Part shown: positions 22,079 through 32,234 of the stretch, in pieces
How the letters are laid out: each line of letters begins with the position of its first letter
Position numbering within the stretch: position 1 is the first letter of the stretch
DNA from: Pelagomonas calceolata
Lineage: Eukaryota
Assembly: GCA_918797485.1 (NCBI GenBank)
Contig: CAKKNE010000003.1
Coordinates: forward strand, 3,720,001 to 3,784,000
DNA: 64,000 bases
Direction: 5' to 3'
Notes under the pieces: generated by a model
Told to the model about the DNA's origin: nothing
Database searches by the model: none
What the model saw: the letters and a program-made list of their open reading frames with translations, nothing else
Position numbers and translations under genes: made by a program

Positions 22079-22678
22079 CTATGAAATTAGTACGTAGGCG
22101 ACGAGGTCTGCCGCGTCCCCCCTGAGCACCTTCATTGCCGAAGACCCATGCACCGCGATCGTCCCCGCGATCGCTCCGCCGGAGACGTCCTCGCACTGGG
22201 CCCAGCGCGCGTAGGCGACTTCGCCGCAGTTCGACCCGTCGGGCCAGAGGCACCGCCGCACCGGGCCGCCGGTCTTCGGGCACGCGGCCGGGTCGAACAA
22301 CGCGACGTCCCATGCCTCCGGTAACTCCGACAACGCGTCCAGGGCCGCCGTCGCCGGCGGTTCCCCGCTCAGCAGGACCGCCCGCTCGTGGGACGCCGCG
22401 CGCGCGAAGAGCGCCGCGCGCGTGCTGTCGCAGTCGACGTACTCCGCGGCGGTCCGTGGTCGGCTGCCGGCGCACGCCAGCAGCACCACGTCGCTGTGCG
22501 TCTCCGCCACGAACGCCGCCGTCCGTCGATTATGAGCATTTACAAACATCGCGACGACCAGCAAAAAGATGCACAAACCAGCGGCAGCTATTCCAGTGCG
22601 CTCGAAGCGTCTCCGCCGTTCCTCGGCCGGCGCCTCGACGTCGCCGCGCCGCGGTCTTGCGAAGGCTCCATAGGCCAT
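22079..22678 (-). CDS. Single-pass membrane protein with Cys-containing ectodomain
   Basis: TM segment GIAAAGLCIFLLVVAMFV; 199-aa ORF. Confidence 0.65.
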   Translation of the reverse strand: MAYGAFARPRRGDVEAPAEERRRRFERTGIAAAGLCIFLLVVAMFVNAHNRRTAAFVAETHSDVVLLACAGSRPRTAAEYVDCDSTRAALFARAASHERAVLLSGEPPATAALDALSELPEAWDVALFDPAACPKTGGPVRRCLWPDGSNCGEVAYARWAQCEDVSGGAIAGTIAVHGSSAMKVLRGDAADLVAYVLIS

Positions 22679-22919
22679 GGTCGTGGGGGCTGCCTCTCCG
22701 GGCTGCCTCTGCGTAGCGTCTTCGGGGGCGTTCGGGGCAGCTCGTACGCCGTCGACTCGGCTCGTGCCCTGCGACGACCGGAGATATGCACGCTTGCGCT
22801 GTGATCGGCAGGAGATGAAAACACAGCTTCGGCCACTAGAGTCGAGCCGGCGCGCCGCGCCCCGCCCGCCGCCGACTACCTACACACGAACGATAATTAC
22901 ATACCTTCGAGAGAAGCGA

Positions 22920-23836
22920 CTACTTGGACTCCTCGCCGCCGCCGTCCTTGGACTCCTCCGGGTCCTCCTCGTCGTCGCGCGGCGCCTTGTCGTCGTCGTC
23001 AGAGACGTCGGGCGCGCGGAGCCAGAGGTGCATGAGCACGGAGAGGCCCTTGAGGCATACCGCGATCGAGAGGCAGATGAAACCGGGCCCGTTCCGCATA
23101 TGTATCCCTTCGGTCGTCGACCGCGTGCAGTGCTGGCGGAAGGACAGGAGCGGCCCGATGGCCGTCCCGAAGGAGATGCAGCCCACGGCGATGCCGAGAA
23201 ACTTCCAGAAGCGGGCGTCGCTCTCCACCTGTGTGGAAATCAACCAGGGCGTGGAGGTCGACGCGACGATTCAGCACAAACGCGCCGTAAAATTTTGATT
23301 TCCACACAGCTCTCAACCGTCGCCCGCTTCAGCGAGAAGCGTATCGTGCCGAGCGTCGTGAATGCCGACACGATGACGGTCGTCGCCATGCCCCGCACGC
23401 GCCGCTTGCACCGCTTGCATCGGTCGACGTCGCGGCTGCGCCTCTCGAGAGTGTCGTCGTCGGGCGTCAGCGTAAAGTCGTCACAATGAATGTTGGACCA
23501 CTTTCGCTTCTCCTTGACGGTGCCGCCGTGGTAGGCGACCACCGCCGACAGACCCATGTATGCATGGCCGCCCGCATACTCCATCTTCCCGCGGATGCGC
23601 CCGACGGCCCAGGCCGTGTCCTTAATGACGCTATCGACGCTCGACAGCGCGCACGCCGCCGTGATATTCAGAGCGAGCGCGACGACGCCGAGAGCCGCGA
23701 AGCCGCGCGCGACGCGGCCGCGGGTGGTCGCGCCCGGGTCGACGCCGATGCGACCAAAGGCGCGACAGGCGCCGTTCGTCTCGCAGGCGTACGAGAGCCG
23801 CGGGCATCGCCGCGGGTCCGGCGGGCACAGCGGCAT
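22920..23836 (-). CDS. Four-TM membrane protein (claudin/amastin-like topology), 2 exons
   Basis: Exons 23836-23318, 23228-22920 (828 nt); four hydrophobic segments, Cys-containing loops, acidic tail. Confidence 0.75.
23229..23309. mobile_element. Introner element (81 bp) with 8-bp TSD
   Basis: CTGTGTGGAAATCAA...TTGATTTCCACACAG perfect 15-bp TIR; flanks CTCTCCAC/CTCTCAAC; GT-AG intron 23317-23229. Confidence 0.93.
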
Positions 23837-24152
23837 GTCTGGCCTTTTTGCTTTGTTTACACTTGATTCTCGATGTGCGAGACGCCTTGGGCTAAAGCGG
23901 ACACGCACGCCTGACTCCTAGATCGGTTGGCGGCGAGCGGCGTAGCTTCTAGGAGCTTACTGCCAAAAATGAATTGGCCCTGAACCTGTTTGTTTCAGGC
24001 GCGGCCCGCGCGGTATCTGAGCGGGCGGCGCGAAGGGCTCGTAGGACGCCTCGTCTACATCTTTTCAGCCCGCCCGGTCGCGTAGGATCGACGGTCCTGT
24101 CCAGGGAGCAAGCTGAGTGACTTGGGCCGCGCGCCGCGCATCCGCGCGTAGG

Positions 24153-25154
24153 ATGGTCCTCTCCAGAGAGCTCATGCGTGCCGCAAGAGGCGGGGACAAG
24201 GCTGTCGTCGCGGCCTGGCTCGAATCCGGCGGGGGCAATGACGTCGAAGAGGTCGACGGGAAGGAACGCACCTTGCTACTAGGTGCCGCGTGGGGGAGAG
24301 GTCCCAGTGTTGGATCATTCGACGAAAGGAACGTGGCGCTGGCCCGATATTTGCTCGATCACGGTGCGGACGTGAACCGCTCCAGCCGCAGTGGGTACAC
24401 GTCGCTGCATTGGGCTGCATTTTGTCGTTCGGAATCCTCGCCCCCGATGGTCGCTCTATTGCTTAAAGCGGGCGCGAACGTTCTCGCGACGAATGATAAG
24501 CGCAATAATCCGCTCACGATAGTGCTGAGACAACTGGGAAAAGCCGGACCGTCACGTCCTCGCATGGAGATCGCACTCTTACTGCTACGAGCTCTGCCGT
24601 CGCTGGATCATGCACACAGTGCCCCCATTGTCGATGACACAATTCTTACCTCTTCCGCAGAACAGGTTCTGGATTGGGCGGTAAACCGACTCGACGGGCC
24701 CCTGCCCCCCGACAACTGCTTCGAGGCGCTGAGGGCCGTGGTCGTCGGGGTCCGCGCCGCCGGCGGCTGGCGGGCATACGACCGGGAACCTCGCGCGGAG
24801 GTCCTTCGACTCCGGAGCCTCGCGCTTCGGCGGCGCGCCGTCCTCCCGTCCGCGCTGCCCCAGCGCTTCGCCTACGGCGATCGCGTCGTTACGCGCCCCA
24901 AAACCGCAAAGGCGTGCCTGGGTACCGTCATCGCGGCGAACTCGCTACAAATCGTCGTCAAGCTCGACGACGCCAAAGGATTCGAGGCCTATCCTCCCGA
25001 GGGCGGAGAAGACCTGCTACTTAGAGCCTCGTACATCCGGACCCTCGGCTTCCTCGTCCGGTGTCCGCCGGAGATCGCCTGGCAAATCCTCGGCTACTGG
25101 CGCTGCCAGTACCCGGTCGCGACGGACATGATTGACCAGCTCGGCTACCGCTAG
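24153..25154 (+). CDS. Ankyrin repeat protein
   Basis: LARYLLDHGADVN..GYTSLHWAA..MVALLLKAGANV..NNPL. Confidence 0.88.
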   Translation: MVLSRELMRAARGGDKAVVAAWLESGGGNDVEEVDGKERTLLLGAAWGRGPSVGSFDERNVALARYLLDHGADVNRSSRSGYTSLHWAAFCRSESSPPMVALLLKAGANVLATNDKRNNPLTIVLRQLGKAGPSRPRMEIALLLLRALPSLDHAHSAPIVDDTILTSSAEQVLDWAVNRLDGPLPPDNCFEALRAVVVGVRAAGGWRAYDREPRAEVLRLRSLALRRRAVLPSALPQRFAYGDRVVTRPKTAKACLGTVIAANSLQIVVKLDDAKGFEAYPPEGGEDLLLRASYIRTLGFLVRCPPEIAWQILGYWRCQYPVATDMIDQLGYR

Positions 25155-25199
25155 GCGCAGCAAGTCTAAGACAAACCCACTTACTCACACAACACATCA

Positions 25200-28100
25200 T
25201 CACACGAGCCGCGGCAAATTCGGCGCCTTCATCCCGAAGGACACCTCGAGCGGCGCCGCCGCGCCGGGACTCTGAGACCCGGGCGCGACGTAGTCGGCGC
25301 GGGCGGCCCGCGACCGCCCGTGCGGCGAGATCGGGGAGCCGTTCGACTTGCTCTGAGCCTTGCCGAACGCGGCCAGCGCGCGCCGCCCGTAGGTCTGGAG
25401 GAAGCCCCGCGCGACGGCCGCCGCGAGGTCGCGTCGCCCCCGCAGCGCGTCATGTAAACGAGTACGCCGCAAGACAAGTAGCACGGCGCCATCGTTTCCA
25501 GCTCTGGCGTCGTAGGGCCAAACGTTATCAGCCAAGAGACCCGTGTTGCCAAAGCTTGCCGCCGGCCCATCTAACAGAACTCGATTCCCGCCGCCCGAAT
25601 CTAGTACGACAGCACCGTCCGCCAGAATTCTCAGAGAGGCGTCCGTCGCCGCACCGCGCGTCGCGATCTTCCTCTTCGGTTGGAGCACTTCGACCTCGGC
25701 CACGTCCGCGAGCAACGGCAAAAAGCGCGCCGGAACGAATCGGAGCATCTTCGTGTCCCTCAATAGTAATACTTTCTCCAAAGGCGACGGCGCGCCGCGC
25801 GAGTCGAAGACGCTCGACGCGGCGTCCTCGTCGCTGTCGTCGTCGTCCGAGAGGATGGACTGCATGCGCTTGATCGTGCCGCCGCCCGCCTGTCGAGGAG
25901 CCGGCAGCGCGCCGACCAACGCCCTCAAGACAGCAAAGACGAATTTCGGCGACGACGCGTCGATGCGCTGCCGCAACGCGTCGGCGTCGAGCACCAGGAT
26001 TGAGGCGGGACGCATGGCTACCGCTTGGGTCGGCGCGATGGCCGCCCAGCCCGCGACCCCACCGACGGCGTGCCACGGCTGTAACGACCCGCCCCGCTCC
26101 AGCACGGCCGCCGGCACGGCGACCGCACCCTTCGCGACGACCGCGCTTTCCGTCGAGGCCAGCTCGACTTCATCACCAATCGCGTACCTCCGCCACGAAC
26201 ATAGCGACGCGAGCGGCGCGAGGTGCTGCGCTAGTAAAGCGTGCTCCAGCGGCTTGAAGCCCTTCAGCAGCGCCACGCGCGGCAACAACGCGCCCTTGGT
26301 TATGGGCGCGGCGCGGCCACTACATAAAGCATCAACCGCGTTCGCGAGCTCGTTCCCAAGCGCATCGTTCTGCTGCTCCAGCCAGCCGACGGCTTTTCTG
26401 ACAGAAGCCGCTTTACATTTAGTAGACGACAGCGCCCCGAGGACGCAGGGCTTGAGGGCCGGCGGCAAATCGGACTCAACTAACTCTAACACAGCAGAGG
26501 CGCTCTTGGGGTCGTCATCACGCAAAACCTTCCACGCGTCTCTGGGCCGCCAGCCATGCCGCGCCAACAACGCACACCTCGCGAGGAGATGCTGCCTCCT
26601 CCCATACAACTTCTCGGCGGCGTACGCAGCCGCACATGCACCTAGTTCGAGCGCGACGCCGTCGTCGGCCGTGCCTAAATCGTCGACGGCATCTCCCCGC
26701 AAGCGCGACACGGCTAACGCTATATTCCTATCGGAATACCTACCGTGACCCAGCTTCAGGAACCGCGCCCGCGCTTCTGCGGCATTATTCGCCTCGGCCG
26801 CTTCTCGACGTATTGTACTTTCAATAGCGTCCGGCGATGGCGTGGACGCACCGCCATCCAGACAGTCCCTGACAAAGTCGAGGAGCCAGCCTTCATAGAC
26901 GGCGTCGTCGGTAGATGCCGCCAAGGCCCACGCTCTCGCGGACGCGTCGTTTCTCCCTCGGTGCTCCGTCGTGCTTCTAAGAGCATCCAACAAGCAGCCG
27001 GCGTCGCCTCCATCTTCCGTGATCGACGCTGTAAGTAATTCTAAGAGTTTTGGTGTTGCTGCTTTCGCGACAGACGCGTCGGCGCTGAGCAGTCGAGCCG
27101 CCCGTCGAGCCGTGGGCCGAGCACCCGCTAGCTTCGCCAACGCATGGGCGCGTTGCTCCGCACCTAGAGCGACGGGCGGCGCCAGAGCTAATAAAGCTCG
27201 ACTGACGCGCGGGTCTTCCGCAGCAGCCAATCGGAGCCAGGTTGCAGAATCCGGAACCAAAAACGGCGCGTCCCGTAGAGCGTGCAGAGCGGCCGCCGCG
27301 GCGTTCGCATCCAATGAAAACGATTGGGGCTCGACCACTCTAGATTCATCACCGCCTCGCGCGGCAACCCGACACGCCGTCAATCTGATCGCGGCGGCCA
27401 CGGCGGCGCCCTCGTCGCCTTGTTGTACAGCTTCGTCCCAGGCAGCTTGTGCAGATGCAGCAGCAGACGCTAACCGAGAGGAATCCTGGGTGAGTGTAGG
27501 CCGCATCGAGAGCTGTCTCAAACTTCGAGCTTTGGAGGCCTGCAAATGGCCGCCCAGCATCGATTCCAGCACCTTGGCGGCGCCCGACGACACGTGGCCC
27601 ATCCCAATGCCCCAGCCTAACGAAAGTAGAGCCGCGGCCGCCGCCGCGCGCGGCGCGGGGTGTGCTGAACCAAGTAATCTCTCGAGAGCGGGCGTGGCCT
27701 CGTGGATATTCCGACGAGCGGCCGCCAGACACGCCGCCGCGAGGATGTGCGACTCGTCATGGGCGTTTAACAGAGGATCGCCCTTTTCCAGTTCCCTTAA
27801 AACAAGTGCATCGGCCCATTTTATGGAAGGCGCTTCTTCGTCACCCTCTTGGTCGTCGTCGTCGTCCTCGAGTGACGCGACGACGTCCCTCAATGCTGCT
27901 ACACGCACGGAGGGCTCCCACGAGTCGAACCCCAGAAACAACTCCCGCACCTCTCTCGGCCTTAGAGCAGCCCCAGCTCCGATCTCTCTCAGTAAAAATA
28001 ACTTCGCGCCGACGCCGCCCCTCCGGAACCGTTCAAACACTAGTTCCGCCAATTGATCACGACCGTCGTTCGCAGAGGTGGCGTCCCGTACATCAGCTTC

Positions 28101-29594
28101 CACAGACACTAAATGACCCTCTTCGTCGACGTCGCCCCAGGGCTTCTCGTGAGGTAGCGGCGCCTTGCCGCCTATGAATGTGGTTGACGATCTAGCGACG
28201 GACCGCCGCGCGACGCGTCGTCGCATCGCCGCCAGATATCTAGAGCGTAATTGCATACCAACAAGCGCTAACACGGCACAAGATACCAACGCTAACGACG
28301 CCAATTGGGGGATCCTATACCCTTGGTGGGTCAGAAACCCAAGTATCAAAGCGACCACGGCTGCGGTGGCCTTTTTTGCTAGACTTTCCACGTACGGTCT
28401 GGCTGCTCTAGCAACAGGTACGTCCACGGCGATCCAAACCACCGACTTAAAAGTGTTCGACACGGACCACCGCGCCGCCAAATCAAAGGCGCGCGCCGCC
28501 GCCAGCGTCTCGACGGAGGCCCGCTTGAAGCAGATGATTCCCAACAACAAAGCGACGCCGAGGGGATACCCCGCCGACACGGCCAGGCCGAACCGCCTCA
28601 AGAGTCGCCGTGTCCCGCCCGCATTCAAAACAGATGCGGCCACGCCGGCCGCGGCATACAAGTAACCCGTGACGGTCACCATGGCTTCTGGACTTCGCGT
28701 GTCCGCCGCCACGACACAGGTATAGCAGTATTCCAGCGTCGTCTTGACGGCTATCACCAAAATCGTGTACAGGCCGAGCCCGAGCACCAGGTCGTCGGTC
28801 CACCACTTTTGCGAGGAGCGGTCTTCTACCACCGCCTTTTTTTCGCTGCGGGACACGTGCGCCACGTATCGTGTTGAGGGCAGTCCTAGTAGTAGAGCGA
28901 CAACTTGGGCTAAGACTAGTGAGTTTGCGCCTGCGTAGCGAGAGAGGCCGCCACACGTCAGGCCCGCGAGGACCGCGCCCACGCTACTTCCGAGCTGTAC
29001 CAGACCGACAACTCTACGAGCCGCGGTCGCGGTAAATAATTCCTGCGCGACCGCCGCGTTCTGCATCATGACCAGCAGCGTCGTCAGATCTTCACACACG
29101 AAGAACAACGTGTAGAGGACCTGGGTCGTGAGGTCCACGGCGGCGGCGGTGCGCCTCTCGAGATACGACAGCATAACCCACAAGCACGCGAGGAGCACCG
29201 CACCCGATAACTGGACGCAAGCATACACGCGCACGGCCCGCCGCGGCCGCGCGTAGGTCGAGAAGCGCGGCGTGACGGCGAAGACGGACAGGGCCGACAG
29301 GAACATAGCTCTCGCCAGTCGCCGGCTGCCGAGATGATTGACATACAACGCGGGCCCCGCGTTCCTGCCAAACACGAAGGCGATGTTCGCCAGCGCGCCC
29401 ATCAGTATCAATCGGCTGACGAGTCTAGCCTCAGCGGCGTCTTTGAGGCCGAGGGCGTCGGCGAGGCGCGTCGAGACTCGGGTCCGCTGGGACCAGAGGG
29501 CGCCTTCCCGTGGCGACTGCGCCGGGCTTCCTAGGAGCGAGGTGGTCTCGCGCGGCCGCAGCTGGATCGCTGCGGCCGCCAGCGGTGCAGGCAT
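25200..29594 (-). CDS. TLC/Npt-type (MFS-fold) transporter-like domain + HEAT repeats + two cNMP-binding-like domains
   Basis: About 12 TM helices with ELFTATAARRVVGLV..G.SVGAV.AG; Ala-rich helical repeats; LEKVLLLRDTKML..VP..LP.LA..AE and SFGNTGLL cNMP-like segments; intronless. Confidence 0.78.
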   Translation of the reverse strand: MPAPLAAAAIQLRPRETTSLLGSPAQSPREGALWSQRTRVSTRLADALGLKDAAEARLVSRLILMGALANIAFVFGRNAGPALYVNHLGSRRLARAMFLSALSVFAVTPRFSTYARPRRAVRVYACVQLSGAVLLACLWVMLSYLERRTAAAVDLTTQVLYTLFFVCEDLTTLLVMMQNAAVAQELFTATAARRVVGLVQLGSSVGAVLAGLTCGGLSRYAGANSLVLAQVVALLLGLPSTRYVAHVSRSEKKAVVEDRSSQKWWTDDLVLGLGLYTILVIAVKTTLEYCYTCVVAADTRSPEAMVTVTGYLYAAAGVAASVLNAGGTRRLLRRFGLAVSAGYPLGVALLLGIICFKRASVETLAAARAFDLAARWSVSNTFKSVVWIAVDVPVARAARPYVESLAKKATAAVVALILGFLTHQGYRIPQLASLALVSCAVLALVGMQLRSRYLAAMRRRVARRSVARSSTTFIGGKAPLPHEKPWGDVDEEGHLVSVEADVRDATSANDGRDQLAELVFERFRRGGVGAKLFLLREIGAGAALRPREVRELFLGFDSWEPSVRVAALRDVVASLEDDDDDQEGDEEAPSIKWADALVLRELEKGDPLLNAHDESHILAAACLAAARRNIHEATPALERLLGSAHPAPRAAAAAALLSLGWGIGMGHVSSGAAKVLESMLGGHLQASKARSLRQLSMRPTLTQDSSRLASAAASAQAAWDEAVQQGDEGAAVAAAIRLTACRVAARGGDESRVVEPQSFSLDANAAAAALHALRDAPFLVPDSATWLRLAAAEDPRVSRALLALAPPVALGAEQRAHALAKLAGARPTARRAARLLSADASVAKAATPKLLELLTASITEDGGDAGCLLDALRSTTEHRGRNDASARAWALAASTDDAVYEGWLLDFVRDCLDGGASTPSPDAIESTIRREAAEANNAAEARARFLKLGHGRYSDRNIALAVSRLRGDAVDDLGTADDGVALELGACAAAYAAEKLYGRRQHLLARCALLARHGWRPRDAWKVLRDDDPKSASAVLELVESDLPPALKPCVLGALSSTKCKAASVRKAVGWLEQQNDALGNELANAVDALCSGRAAPITKGALLPRVALLKGFKPLEHALLAQHLAPLASLCSWRRYAIGDEVELASTESAVVAKGAVAVPAAVLERGGSLQPWHAVGGVAGWAAIAPTQAVAMRPASILVLDADALRQRIDASSPKFVFAVLRALVGALPAPRQAGGGTIKRMQSILSDDDDSDEDAASSVFDSRGAPSPLEKVLLLRDTKMLRFVPARFLPLLADVAEVEVLQPKRKIATRGAATDASLRILADGAVVLDSGGGNRVLLDGPAASFGNTGLLADNVWPYDARAGNDGAVLLVLRRTRLHDALRGRRDLAAAVARGFLQTYGRRALAAFGKAQSKSNGSPISPHGRSRAARADYVAPGSQSPGAAAPLEVSFGMKAPNLPRLV

Positions 29595-29743
29595 GGCTCT
29601 CAATGGAGATTGCGATTTTCCCGGTTCGCTTGCTGGCGATTCGTTGTGTGTCGGTTCTGTGGCTGTGTCAATCACTTCGCGCGTGCAGCCACCGCACGAA
29701 TGCGCTCTTGCGCGTCAATTGACTCGCGGAGCATGCTCTTTAC

Positions 29744-29765
29744 CTAGCGGCCTGTAAGACACTAG
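29744..29765 (+). promoter_or_regulatory. CTAG-N14-CTAG promoter-associated element (consensus copy)
   Basis: CTAGCGGCCTGTAAGACACTAG, between divergent starts 29594 and 29985. Confidence 0.7.
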
Positions 29766-29984
29766 TTTTGCACTTGTTTTTGTCTGTCCCGCTGTCTTGC
29801 AGGCGCGCCTCTGTGCTCTGCCGTAGAATTAGTCACTAGCATCCTTTGTACAGCGCACGCTGCTGCGTACACAGCCGCCGCGCGCTCCTGTGCACCGAAA
29901 CCGACACGCGCCAGCCGCCGCGCGCGCGCCAGCCGCTGCGCCGTACGCCAGCCGCCGCGCTGCGCTCACGCCAGCCGCCGCGCC

Positions 29985-30596
29985 ATGCCGCGCCCACGGA
30001 GGAGAGCGCTCGTCCTACTACTAGCAACAACAAACGCCCTCGTGATCCGACTAGAAGCCGGCGCCCGGGAGTGCTTCCTCCTCGACGTCTCCAAGGAGGC
30101 CGCTGTTTCTGGCAACTTCGAACTGATTAGTGAAGGCGTCACCCCAGAACCGCTCGGCGTCGTCGTGAGCGGCGCGGCCGGTGCTGATCCTCTGTACGAA
30201 ACGCACGGCCAGCCCGACGGGACCTTCGCCTTCGATGTGGCCGACGACGGCGTGGTCGATCTCTGTTTATCGAACGGCGACGCGTCGAATAATGATGGGA
30301 GGGCGCGAACCGTCGGCTTCGCGATCCGCGCGAGCGTACATCACCCGTCCACAGATGGAGAGGGCTCCATGGACGCGTTACTGGATGTCAGCGAAGAATT
30401 GAACGAAGGGTTATTGACGCTGACGGACCACCAGGCCTACATGCGGCGGCGCGAGGAGCATCATGCTGCCGTGCTGGAGTCTACTCGAGCTCGCGTATTG
30501 TGGTGGACCGTCGCGGAGACCGCCGTACTGATCGCTTTGTCGCTGTGGCAGATCCTGACGGTGCGCGCGTTCTTCGAGACGAAGCGGCGGCTCTAG
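29985..30596 (+). CDS. p24/emp24/gp25L (TMED) GOLD-domain cargo receptor
   Basis: Signal peptide, ARECF, LCLSN, coiled coil, RVLWWTV..LWQILTVRAFFETKRRL. Confidence 0.93.
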   Translation: MPRPRRRALVLLLATTNALVIRLEAGARECFLLDVSKEAAVSGNFELISEGVTPEPLGVVVSGAAGADPLYETHGQPDGTFAFDVADDGVVDLCLSNGDASNNDGRARTVGFAIRASVHHPSTDGEGSMDALLDVSEELNEGLLTLTDHQAYMRRREEHHAAVLESTRARVLWWTVAETAVLIALSLWQILTVRAFFETKRRL

Positions 30597-30628
30597 TCAT
30601 AAGTTCCTCTGTACAACATACTTACATA

Positions 30629-31855
30629 CTAGCTCATCCACCTACGCGCCAGCCACAGGCAGGGCCTCTTTCTAAGGGCTTCGAGGGCCTCAAGGTACTG
30701 CCTCGCCGCAGCGGCTGCGACGGCGGCCGCGGCTGCGGCTTGCTTCCGGAGGACCGCGGGGTGCTCGGCGTAGGGCATAGCATCGATACGCGAACCATTT
30801 GCGAGACCAATGTCCGCGGGCTTCTGGAAGCCCTCAATCAGTAACTCAGAGCCGGGCAGGCTAAAAGCCAATCGGCCGACAGGGAGGCCTACTCGTCTCG
30901 CGAAGGCCCTAAACAGCTTCATGAGTGTTGTTCTGGACTTAATCTGAAAGAAAGTTTCTTCGCCAGTTTCCGCCCATGGAATGCTTATATTGAGAGTTGT
31001 TGTTGTGGGCGGTGGCAGCGGCGGCGATAGGTACGAGAGAACTCGTCGGAACAAGCCCCGTTCGCCCGTGCGGGCGAGGAATTTTAAGACGCAGTCGTGC
31101 GTCGTCGCACGATCACGCAGCGCCAGATGCCGCACCAACGCGCACGTTCGTCGTTGCTCGATCACAAAGCTACGATAATCGCCGGCCGCGCGCACGGAAA
31201 GCAGAAACGCCTTGAGCGCGAGGTAGTGCGCCTTATCGGCCAGCGAGGGCTCCCGCCGTTCTTTCTCACCCAGGACCCATTCGATCGACTCAGATCGGCT
31301 CCCGAGTTTGGTTCCTTGCGCGTCTTTGACCGTAATCTTTGCGACGAAGTCCAGACTCGCCCCGCAGCGCAACAGCGCGTGGGCGACCGCTATGTGTCGT
31401 GTCCCGTAACTGGAGGAGTAGAGAATTGCACAAGCGAGAGGAGAGTATTTGTGAATAGCCGTTCGGTCATCCTCTATCGGAAATGTGACCCTAGCTTGCA
31501 ACCAATCGACGCCCGCGCCCCATCTAATCAGCAGATCGATCAGTCGCGGGGACAAGTCCGTAGCTTGCGTTGAGACCATGCACAGCGTGGTGAATAACTG
31601 AAGGTCTGAAAGTTGTGTAAACGGGTCAGTTTTGACATTACACATTCGATTCGGGTCCGCGCCGCGAGCGAGAGCCAGCTGGACGAAGCGGAGTTTTGCC
31701 TCGGTGGTGTATTCGTGGCTGATCGCAGCCTCCGCCATCGCTGATGTCAATACCTCCTCACCATCCTCGGACGCGAGCCATTGGGAGACAGCCTCGGCGT
31801 CGCCCCCGACCCGTAGGGCATACAGTATATGTGCGGGGATACTGGGCTGCGACAT
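30629..31855 (-). CDS. Ankyrin-like repeat protein with C-terminal SUMO-like domain
   Basis: ALARGADPN, LLIRWGAGVD, LLRCGASLD; ETFFQIKSRTTLMKLFRAFARRVG..LAFS...GLANGSRIDAM. Confidence 0.75.
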   Translation of the reverse strand: MSQPSIPAHILYALRVGGDAEAVSQWLASEDGEEVLTSAMAEAAISHEYTTEAKLRFVQLALARGADPNRMCNVKTDPFTQLSDLQLFTTLCMVSTQATDLSPRLIDLLIRWGAGVDWLQARVTFPIEDDRTAIHKYSPLACAILYSSSYGTRHIAVAHALLRCGASLDFVAKITVKDAQGTKLGSRSESIEWVLGEKERREPSLADKAHYLALKAFLLSVRAAGDYRSFVIEQRRTCALVRHLALRDRATTHDCVLKFLARTGERGLFRRVLSYLSPPLPPPTTTTLNISIPWAETGEETFFQIKSRTTLMKLFRAFARRVGLPVGRLAFSLPGSELLIEGFQKPADIGLANGSRIDAMPYAEHPAVLRKQAAAAAAVAAAAARQYLEALEALRKRPCLWLARRWMS

Positions 31856-32004
31856 GACCCAAGCACAAAGCTAGCAGCAGTGCTAGAAAGCTGCGTGCAA
31901 AGCGGCCGACAGTAGACCCCGGGGCGCGGCTTCAAAAGCCTCCTGCGCGTGTAGAGATCCCGCGTGCGTAGCGTCTTAAGACGCAGCAGCAAGACGACTC
32001 CGCG

Positions 32005-32026
32005 CTAGCGGCATGTAACATACTAG
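32005..32026 (+). promoter_or_regulatory. CTAG-N14-CTAG promoter-associated element
   Basis: CTAGCGGCATGTAACATACTAG, between divergent starts 31855 and 32235. Confidence 0.65.
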
Positions 32027-32234
32027 CGTCGAATAAAGCTCCTCTCGAAAGTGCTTGTTTAAGCATCGGCTAAGCTGTTCAGCGGTCTATCAACGTGTTG
32101 GAGCATAGCTGCGCCACCGGTGCACCACGCCTGGCCAACCACTACGACGCCGACGCGCCGCCGCGCGCCGCAACCCAGCACACACCACAAAGGCCTCCGG
32201 AGCCGCTCCCGCGGATCCGCGAACAGGAGCGGTG

